In this document: positions 34,810-41,247 of the stretch, piece after piece
Layout: every line of letters begins with the position of its first letter
Position numbering within the stretch: the first letter of the stretch is position 1
DNA from: Candidatus Pacearchaeota archaeon
GTDB lineage: Archaea; Nanobdellota; Nanobdellia; Pacearchaeales; GW2011-AR1
Direction of reading: 5' to 3'
NCBI GenBank assembly: GCA_023475035.1
Contig: JAMCXF010000033.1
Location: 2,868-44,114, forward strand
DNA: 41,247 nt
Made by a program: the position numbers and the translations under genes
The notes under the pieces: generated by a model
What the model was told of the DNA's origin: nothing
The model's database searches: none
What the model saw: the letters and a program-made list of their open reading frames with translations, nothing else

Positions 34810-36563
34810 TCAATAACCGCTTTAATTCTTCTCACGCCCGCACTTGAACCTTCTTCTTTTGTTATATTGAAATGTCCGATTTCGCAGGTATTTTTTACAT
34901 GCGGGCCTGCGCAAATTTCTTTTGAAAAATCCTCGACAGTATAAACAGAAACTTTTTCCCCGTATTTTTTTTCGAACACTCCGATTGCTCCTTTTTTCTT
35001 TGCTTCTGCAGGAGACATTTCTTCTCTTCTTACTTCGCAGGATTTCTGAATCTGTGCATTTACCAAATCTTCAACTTTTTTTATTTCTTCAGCAGTAAGC
35101 TTTCTTGGAAAATTAAAATCAAGTCTTAATCTTTCAGAAGTTATGTTGCTTCCTTTTTGCATTATGTTTTCGTCGTCAAGAACAATTCTCAATGCAGACA
35201 AAAGCAAATGAGTCGCGGTATGAAGTCTTGTTGTTTTTTCTGACTGGTCTGAAAGTCCTGACTTGAATTTCCCCTGTGTCGCTGTCCGGGAAAGCTCCTG
35301 ATGTTTTGTTAACTCAATTTCAAATTCTTTTTTGTCAAATTTTATCTTTGATTTTTTGCATTCTTCTTCTATTAATTCCAAGGGAAAACCAAAACTTTGG
35401 TAAAGAAGGAATGCTTCTTTGCCTGATATTTTTTTGTTGGAAGCAAATTTGTTAAACTGGGAAATTCCCTTTTCCAAAGTTATCTGAAATTTCTTTTCTT
35501 CTTTGTCCAACTCTTCAAGAATTGCTCTTTTGTTTTCTTTTAATTCTGCGTAATCATCATAAATTTCAAAAACTGCCTTTGCAACTTCTGCAACAAAATT
35601 TTTCATTCTTAATTCATTTCCGTATTTTATTGCTCTTCTTATTAGCCTTCTGACAATATATCCCTGCTCTGTATTGGAAGGAACGATGCCGTCGGCAATT
35701 ATGAAAACTGCTGCTTTAAGATGGTCTGCAATTATTCTCATTGCTTTCTTGTTTCTGTTATATTTTTTTTCAGATATCTCTTCTACACTTTCAATTATCG
35801 GAAGAAAACAGTCTGTCAAATAGTTATCATCAAGCCCGTTAAGAACGGCCAGATTTCTTTCCACCCCTCCTCCGAAATCTATATTTTTTTGAATCAACGG
35901 AACAAATTTTCCTTCTCCTGTCTTGTTAAATTCCATTAACACATCATTTCCAATTTCAACCCAATTTTTATCTTTTGAATTAAATTTTTTCGGGGCTTTT
36001 TCTTTTCCTGTCCAATAAAACATTTCTGTATCAGGACCGCAAGGGCCTGTCTTTCCTGCAGGACCCCAAAAGTTATCGTCCAGCAATGCAATTCTCTCTT
36101 TTGGAATTCCTAACTTTTCCCAGACTTTCAGTGATTCTTCATCTTTTTTTATATTTTTATTTCCTGCAAAAACAGTCACTGCATAATTTTCAATCGGGAT
36201 TTTCAAAATTTTTTTGTGAAATTCAAAAGTGTATTCAATCGCTTCTTTCTTGAAATAATCACCAAGACTCCAGTTCCCCATCATTTCAAAAAAAGTATGA
36301 TGCACTTCATCTCCGACTTCGTCGATGTCTCCTGTTCTTATGCATTTCTGGACGTTGCAGATTCTTTTTCCCAAAGGATGCTTTTGCCCGAGAAGATAAG
36401 GAACAAGGGGATGCATTCCTGCTGTCGTAAAAAGCACTGTAGGGTCATTTTCAGGAATCAAACTTGCGCTTGGAATTTCCTTGTGCCCTTTTGATTTGAA
36501 AAAATCAATATATTTACCGATTAATTCTTTTCTACTTATCATACTGGGTTTAAGAAGCAACAT
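34806..36563 (-). CDS. alaS: Alanyl-tRNA synthetase, bacterial-like and short (585 aa). It ends after the editing domain.
   Basis: DPTVLFTTAGMHPLVPYLLG, QKCIRTGDIDEVG and HHTFFEMMGNWSLGDYFK, plus the editing-domain motifs HTATHLL and CAGPHV. There is no C-Ala/DHHA1-like tail. Confidence 0.8.
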   Translation of the reverse strand: MLLLKPSMISRKELIGKYIDFFKSKGHKEIPSASLIPENDPTVLFTTAGMHPLVPYLLGQKHPLGKRICNVQKCIRTGDIDEVGDEVHHTFFEMMGNWSLGDYFKKEAIEYTFEFHKKILKIPIENYAVTVFAGNKNIKKDEESLKVWEKLGIPKERIALLDDNFWGPAGKTGPCGPDTEMFYWTGKEKAPKKFNSKDKNWVEIGNDVLMEFNKTGEGKFVPLIQKNIDFGGGVERNLAVLNGLDDNYLTDCFLPIIESVEEISEKKYNRNKKAMRIIADHLKAAVFIIADGIVPSNTEQGYIVRRLIRRAIKYGNELRMKNFVAEVAKAVFEIYDDYAELKENKRAILEELDKEEKKFQITLEKGISQFNKFASNKKISGKEAFLLYQSFGFPLELIEEECKKSKIKFDKKEFEIELTKHQELSRTATQGKFKSGLSDQSEKTTRLHTATHLLLSALRIVLDDENIMQKGSNITSERLRLDFNFPRKLTAEEIKKVEDLVNAQIQKSCEVRREEMSPAEAKKKGAIGVFEKKYGEKVSVYTVEDFSKEICAGPHVKNTCEIGHFNITKEEGSSAGVRRIKAVID

Positions 36564-36620
36564 TTTAAAAAAGTTGAGGTTAAGCGAAATTCTTATAAAG
36601 GATTTTCTTTAAGAACTTTG

Positions 36621-37058
36621 ATGGAAAAACAAAAACGAATAACAATATTTGCTCCAGAGATAAAAGACAGGGAAGAAATTGGTTTGGCTGTTGAAAGTTA
36701 TTTCAAAAAAGAATTTGGGACTTATTTCGATGACTTGCAGATACAGAAGTATGCTTATACCAACGACCCAAAAAAGGAAGATGATTATCTTGGGCATTGG
36801 AATGAAGTTCTTGCTGTATTTGATCAGAGATTTGTGCCAAAAGAAAAACGTTGTAAGGATTTCAAAAATACTATTTACTTCAAATCACTGAAAGCATCTC
36901 ATGAAATGTCAATAAATCTCTGCAAGGATAAAAATATCCCCTATGTAATTTACAGAGGAGAAATAACAAAAAAACAAGAATACTTGTTTGTTATGGAGAT
37001 AAATAATCTTAAGGGAAAAATAAAAGACAGGCTTGAAGGATTAATAACTTCCGATTGA
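36621..37058 (+). CDS. Hypothetical protein (~145 aa).
   Basis: ORF track. The ATG lies one codon after TTG 36618. Confidence 0.4.
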   Translation: MEKQKRITIFAPEIKDREEIGLAVESYFKKEFGTYFDDLQIQKYAYTNDPKKEDDYLGHWNEVLAVFDQRFVPKEKRCKDFKNTIYFKSLKASHEMSINLCKDKNIPYVIYRGEITKKQEYLFVMEINNLKGKIKDRLEGLITSD

Positions 37059-37421
37059 TTTCAGTTTTTCCTGAATTTTTCTCAATTCCATTTCCAGACT
37101 TTCATCAAAATCTTTTCTTGGTGCTGTAACTTCTCTCCTGATTTCCACTCTCTTTGGCGTCTCCGGAATTTTCAAAAAAGGAAAAGAAGCTTTTGTTTTT
37201 CTTAACGCCAAATCAAGTTCCTTTATTGCTTTGTAAATTTTACCTCTTATTTCCAGTTCTTCTTTTCTCAGAGAATTATATCTTCGTGCGATTTTTATAA
37301 TGTTGAGGAATGACATTTCAGAAGAAAGAATTTGTTTTTTTGATTCTAAAGATTCGTAATATCCGACTCTGAAATAAACCGGATTTTCTTCTTCAACAGA
37401 AGGGAGATTTTTGGCTCTCAT
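37041..37421 (-). CDS. Hypothetical coiled-coil protein (126 aa), overlapping the upstream gene by 4 nt.
   Basis: ORF track. VYFRVGYYESL followed by helical heptad-like sequence, which resembles IFIRIDKFEEG in the upstream protein. Confidence 0.5.
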   Translation of the reverse strand: MRAKNLPSVEEENPVYFRVGYYESLESKKQILSSEMSFLNIIKIARRYNSLRKEELEIRGKIYKAIKELDLALRKTKASFPFLKIPETPKRVEIRREVTAPRKDFDESLEMELRKIQEKLKSIGSY

Positions 37422-37990
37422 TCTACCTGTGAAAAAATATTGCGGTCAATCTTTTCAATTTTTTCTTTCACTTGTTTAATTTCATCTTCCCACAAGGCCA
37501 ATTCTTTTTCTTCTTTTTCCCTTACACTTTTCACGTCGTTGAACATGCTTTCTATTTCTGAAATTTTTTCTCTTACCTGCTCAAAAGTTCTTGAACCTTC
37601 TTCAAACTTGTCTATTCTTATAAAAATTGGCTCGCGACTTCGCTCTGCCTCTCTTGACCTTGGCATTGTTCTCTGCAACATAGGATAATTTCTTGTTTCT
37701 GTTTCTCTTACAAGAGGCTTCTGCATCATCGGTATTTCTTCTGTAAATTCCTCTGCTTCAACCTCTTCCTCTTTTCTCCCAGTTATTGCTTCTTTGATTG
37801 TGTCTTGTGAGAATTTATTTCCTAAATTTCCATTTGGGAAGCTTGGAAGCTGAGGTAATGGTCCTTCAGAAATTTTTGATTCACTTATTTCAGTTTCGGG
37901 AAATTCTGGCAATTCAGGAAGCTGCGGAATCTCAGGAAGTTTTGGAACTTCTGTTTCCTCTTTTTTTTCTTTTTTCTTAAACAAAGCCAT
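37418..37990 (-). CDS. Hypothetical protein (190 aa) with a Pro/Glu-rich N-terminus and a C-terminal coiled coil.
   Basis: ORF track. PKLPEIPQLPELPEFPE, then PIFIRIDKFEEGSRTFEQVREKISEIE... Confidence 0.5.
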   Translation of the reverse strand: MALFKKKEKKEETEVPKLPEIPQLPELPEFPETEISESKISEGPLPQLPSFPNGNLGNKFSQDTIKEAITGRKEEEVEAEEFTEEIPMMQKPLVRETETRNYPMLQRTMPRSREAERSREPIFIRIDKFEEGSRTFEQVREKISEIESMFNDVKSVREKEEKELALWEDEIKQVKEKIEKIDRNIFSQVE

Positions 37991-38074
37991 ATTCTCTATA
38001 ATATATTTTGATAAATATAAAATGCAGAATAAGTTTAAAAATCTTTACAACTGAAAATAAAAATTTCACAATTA

Positions 38075-38192
38075 GTTGAACCGAAAGTAAAAAATAGTAT
38101 TTTTAACAATCGTTTCAGAAGAACTGAACCGAAACTAAAAACAGGAAATTTTTGTAATCGTTTTGATTCGCAAACCGAAAGATATATATTTA
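38075..38192. repeat. About 2.5 tandem ~47-nt units (tgaaccgaaa-AT-rich-aatcgttt) ending at the tfe TATA box (atatatattta).
   Basis: Unit 1 is 38075-38120, unit 2 is 38121-38168, and the partial unit 3 (aaaccgaaag) is 38172-38181. They lie in the divergent intergenic region. Confidence 0.55.
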
Positions 38193-38211
38193 ACTTTTTT
38201 TTGATAATTCA

Positions 38212-38937
38212 ATGCTAAAAAAATTCTTAAAAGAAATCGTTGTCTCTATCGCCGGAAAACAGGCAGAAGGAATAATTGATTTATTCGACGGGAATAAATA
38301 TGTAAATGAATTCATCATCGCAAAAAAGCTAAACCTTACAATAAATCAGACGAGAAACATCTTATACAAGATATCTGATTACGGACTTGTTTCTTTTATC
38401 AGAAAAAAGGACAAGAAAAAAGGATGGTATACCTATTTTTGGAAAATAGAAATAATGAAGAGCCTTGAATTCCTGCGAGAAAATTTGCTGAAAAAGATGG
38501 AGCAAATTCAGCATCAAATTACCAGCAGAAAAACAAAAGAATTCTATGTCTGTGAAAGATGCAATATTGAATTTAACGAAGAGAACGCGCTTGTTCACAA
38601 CTTTATGTGCAATGAATGCGGGGAAATAATGCAGAGAAAAGACAATACTCCTGTAATAAAAGAATACAACAGAGACATAGACAAATTAAGAAAAGAACTT
38701 GAGCTTATTGATGATGAATTGAAAACTGAAAGGGAAAAACTTGAGAAGAGCAAAGCAAGAGAAAAGAAAAAAGAAGACAAGCTTAAGATGGAAGAAAAGG
38801 AGAAAAAAAGGAAGATTTCTGCTGCAAAGAGATTGGCTACTAAACAAACAAAAACTGCTAAAACGAAAGCAGTGCAAAAAACAAAAAAGGTTAAACTGAA
38901 ACCGTCTGTCAAAAATGCCAGACAAAAAAAGAAATAA
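38212..38937 (+). CDS. tfe: Transcription factor E alpha (TFIIE-alpha homolog) with a Lys-rich C-terminal tail.
   Basis: Winged helix (EFIIAKKLNLTINQTRNILYKISDYGLVSFIRKKDKKKGWYTYFW) and zinc ribbon (CERC...CNECG). Confidence 0.8.
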   Translation: MLKKFLKEIVVSIAGKQAEGIIDLFDGNKYVNEFIIAKKLNLTINQTRNILYKISDYGLVSFIRKKDKKKGWYTYFWKIEIMKSLEFLRENLLKKMEQIQHQITSRKTKEFYVCERCNIEFNEENALVHNFMCNECGEIMQRKDNTPVIKEYNRDIDKLRKELELIDDELKTEREKLEKSKAREKKKEDKLKMEEKEKKRKISAAKRLATKQTKTAKTKAVQKTKKVKLKPSVKNARQKKK

Positions 38938-39790
38938 AGTGGCTGATATCTACAAGATCCAAAACAGGAAAAGTAATTTATTTAATTTCAATATTGTATT
39001 TCTCTTGATCTTTCTTAATGTGATTATATTTGTTGCTGCAATAATCCTGACATTTATCTTCGGAGAATTTCAGATTTTTGATTTGCTTGCATTAAAGCCT
39101 GATTATATCAGCCAGGGGAAAAATTTATGGACTCTTTTGACGAGCATGTTCCTTCATGCGAATTTTGCGCATCTGTTCTTCAATATGATTTCTTTATTCT
39201 TTGTAGGAACTTTGCTTGAGAAAATCATCGGCAAAAAAAGATTCTTTGTTTTTTACATCCTCTCGGGGTTATTTGCAGGATTATTTTTTGCTCTCTTGTC
39301 GGGATTTTTTGGAAGCGGAATAATCGGAGAAAAAATATTCGGGAACCCAATGACTTTTGGTGTCGGGGCATCAGGGGCAATATTCGGCTTAGTAGGAATC
39401 CTTGCCGTTTTAATTCCTAAGAAAAAAATTTACTTAATCGGAGGACCTTTGATTGCAATAACAGCGCAGGCAATCTTTGAATCTATTTTTCCTGCAAATC
39501 CTTTTTCAAACATTCTTAATCTACTAATTAGCATTTACATCTTTTTCTCAATCTTTTCAATCTTTTCTTTTAATCCAAAATTCAAAAAGTTTGCAATTCC
39601 GATAGAAATGCCCTTTTGGCTAATCCCTATAATTGCTATTGTCCCTTTAATTATCATAGGGCTATTTGTTGAACTGCCTATCGGCAACATGGCACATCTT
39701 GGAGGATTAATTGCAGGACTTTCTTATGGGTTTTATCTTAAAAATAAATACAAGAGAAAAACAGAATACATACAGCAGATTTTTAGATAA
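38915..39790 (+). CDS. Rhomboid family intramembrane serine protease.
   Basis: LHANFAHLFFNM, GASGAIFGLVG (GxSG) and a late NMAHLGGLIAG (His). Multiple TM helices. Confidence 0.8.
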   Translation: MPDKKRNKVADIYKIQNRKSNLFNFNIVFLLIFLNVIIFVAAIILTFIFGEFQIFDLLALKPDYISQGKNLWTLLTSMFLHANFAHLFFNMISLFFVGTLLEKIIGKKRFFVFYILSGLFAGLFFALLSGFFGSGIIGEKIFGNPMTFGVGASGAIFGLVGILAVLIPKKKIYLIGGPLIAITAQAIFESIFPANPFSNILNLLISIYIFFSIFSIFSFNPKFKKFAIPIEMPFWLIPIIAIVPLIIIGLFVELPIGNMAHLGGLIAGLSYGFYLKNKYKRKTEYIQQIFR

Positions 39791-39791
39791 A

Positions 39792-40388
39792 ATGAAAAAA
39801 GTAAAAAAATCTTTTGACATAATTAAGGAATATAAAAAAAGCTGGGAATATCTAAAAGAATCGAAGAATTTTATTTTTATTATAATCGGAATTTTTGTCT
39901 TTTTTGTTTTGGTTGGTTTTGTTATTCCTCCGCCTGAATTTATTTATAATGAAATAATGAAATTCGTTGAAGAACTTTTTGAAACAACAAAAGACATGTC
40001 AATGTCGCAATTGATTGGTTTTATCATATCAAACAACACAAAAAGCACTTTTTTTGGAATTCTTCTCGGAATGTTCTTTGGGATTTTTCCAATAATTAGC
40101 GCTATATCTAACGGATACCTGCTTGGTTTTGTTTCGGCATTGAGCGTGCAGAATGCAGGATTTTCTGTTTTGTGGAAACTTTTACCTCACGGAATTTTTG
40201 AATTGCCTGCTGTTTTTATTTCTCTTGGGTTGGGATTAAAATTAGGCACATTTATTTTCAAAAAAGAAAAAATGAAACATCTTAAAGAATATACAATTAA
40301 TTCTTTTAAGGTGTTCTTTTTGGTTATTGTTCCTCTCCTGATTATTGCAGGAATTATTGAAGGTACTTTGATGGTGTTATCTAAATAA
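39792..40388 (+). CDS. SpoIIM/DUF95-family membrane protein.
   Basis: ISNNTKSTFFGILLGMFFGIFPIISAISNGYLLGF and LLPHGIFELPAVFISLGLG. ATG 39792 preferred over the upstream in-frame extension. Confidence 0.65.
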   Translation: MKKVKKSFDIIKEYKKSWEYLKESKNFIFIIIGIFVFFVLVGFVIPPPEFIYNEIMKFVEELFETTKDMSMSQLIGFIISNNTKSTFFGILLGMFFGIFPIISAISNGYLLGFVSALSVQNAGFSVLWKLLPHGIFELPAVFISLGLGLKLGTFIFKKEKMKHLKEYTINSFKVFFLVIVPLLIIAGIIEGTLMVLSK

Positions 40389-40409
40389 ATTAAATAATAA
40401 AATTTTTAA

Positions 40410-40616
40410 TTAATCTTTCAAATCGCTTATTCCGAGCATTATGAAAATTGCTCCGACAAGGATTACAAGCCAGACTAATCCTCCCTTGAAGAAACTTAAA
40501 GCAGCATCTCCAAAGCTCCAGAAATTCATCCACCATACAAAGATTGCTCCGTTAAGGAAAATCAATCCCAGTAATATTTCCATCCATTTATTCATTAAAA
40601 TCTTACATAAAATCAA
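40410..40616 (-). CDS. Small membrane protein (2 TM). The true start may be ATG 40595.
   Basis: ORF track. Two hydrophobic helices. Confidence 0.4.
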   Translation of the reverse strand: MILCKILMNKWMEILLGLIFLNGAIFVWWMNFWSFGDAALSFFKGGLVWLVILVGAIFIMLGISDLKD

Positions 40617-40685
40617 TTTAAAAAGATTTTTGTTTAAAATGATATATTTTTAAAATATCTATTTTATCCTACTTTATGGTAACAA

Positions 40686-41247
40686 ATACTGATAAAGAAA
40701 AAATTGCAAGAGAAAATGTACTTAGAGAATGCACATACGAACCTGAAGGGAAAACTATTCAGGGGTATGATTTTGATAATGGCGTAGATTATAAACAAAT
40801 CTTTGAAAGTTTTGAAACAACAGGATTTCAGGCAACTTCTTTTTTTAGAGCTAAAGAAATAATCCGAAAAATGATAGACAATCAAGCAACAATATTTCTG
40901 GGGTATACTTCCAGCATGGTGACTTCGGGGCTTAGAGATATTTTCAGATTTCTTGCCGAACATAAAAAAATCAACTGCATTGTAACTACTGGCGGCGGAA
41001 TTGAAGAGGACATAATGAAATGCCTCGGGACTTTTATTCTTGGAAAATTTACTGCCTCTGGAGTTGAATTGAGAAAAAAAGCAATTAACAGAACTGGAAA
41101 CATTTTTGTTCCTGATTCAAGATATTTGAAATTCGAAGAATTTGTAATGCCTGTTTTGCAGGAGCTTTATGATGAACAGAAAAAAACAGGAAAACCTCTT
41201 GTGCCTTCGCAATTAATCTGGAAATTAGGGGAATATCTAAAAGAATC
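40686..41247 (+). CDS. dys: Deoxyhypusine synthase, 3'-truncated by the window edge.
   Basis: Translation from ATG 40686: ...GYDFDNGVDYKQIFESFETTGFQATSF...IFLGYTSSMVTSGLRDIFRFL...IVTTGGGIEEDIMKCLG...INRTGNIFVPDSRYLKFEEF matches the DHS pattern. It is not in the ORF track because it has no stop within the window. Confidence 0.8.

Noticed and set aside
38709-38730. A C/D-box-like tgatgatga...ctga.
   Set aside because: It lies inside the tfe coding frame with no matching C'/D' pair or terminal stem, so it is likely fortuitous.
40664-41103. Minus-strand ORFs 40664-40963 and 40882-41103.
   Set aside because: They are antisense to the deoxyhypusine synthase reading frame.

Overview
AT-rich archaeal chromosome segment, probably from a small-genome DPANN-type archaeon. 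This placement is an inference from gene content, low GC, TATA boxes 20-30 nt upstream of start codons, and giant surface proteins. Recognisable genes: Bud32 (truncated), SRP54 (apparent frameshift), FtsY, archaeal iPGM (ApgM), a GINS-like protein, a SemiSWEET-like PQ-loop protein, ribosomal proteins S3Ae, L44e, S8e and S17e, TFB, TFE-alpha, an Sm-like protein, RNase Z, tRNA-splicing endonuclease, GlyRS, bacterial-type LeuRS and AlaRS, a minimal [FeFe]-hydrogenase-like protein, a rhomboid protease, a SpoIIM-like protein and deoxyhypusine synthase (partial). There are six tRNA genes: Thr-UGU, Val-GAC, Leu-UAG, Arg-UCU (intron), Cys-GCA (intron) and Met/Ile2-CAU. Two surface-protein blocks stand out. 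One is a pilin-like (class III signal) 614-aa protein translationally coupled to a 2,282-aa secreted Cys-rich giant with an NlpC/P60-like C-terminal module. The other is a coupled 785-aa and 596-aa pair. The least ordinary signals are non-coding repeat families. (1) Three tRNA genes (Thr, Val, Met) are each followed 75-140 nt downstream by exact duplicates of their own 3' ends, and a conserved ~54-nt module is shared by the Val and Met trailers. (2) A ~90-nt near-identical leader abuts the ATGs of ftsY and rpl44e, with a different hairpin insert in each copy. (3) A 60-nt block, 58/60 identical, sits in frame inside two unrelated genes. (4) A (GGGN)4 G-quadruplex-type motif with a conserved flank occurs twice, once at the edge of a 65% GC block that cuts off bud32 at the left window edge. 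No CRISPR array, transposase, integrase or reverse transcriptase was seen.
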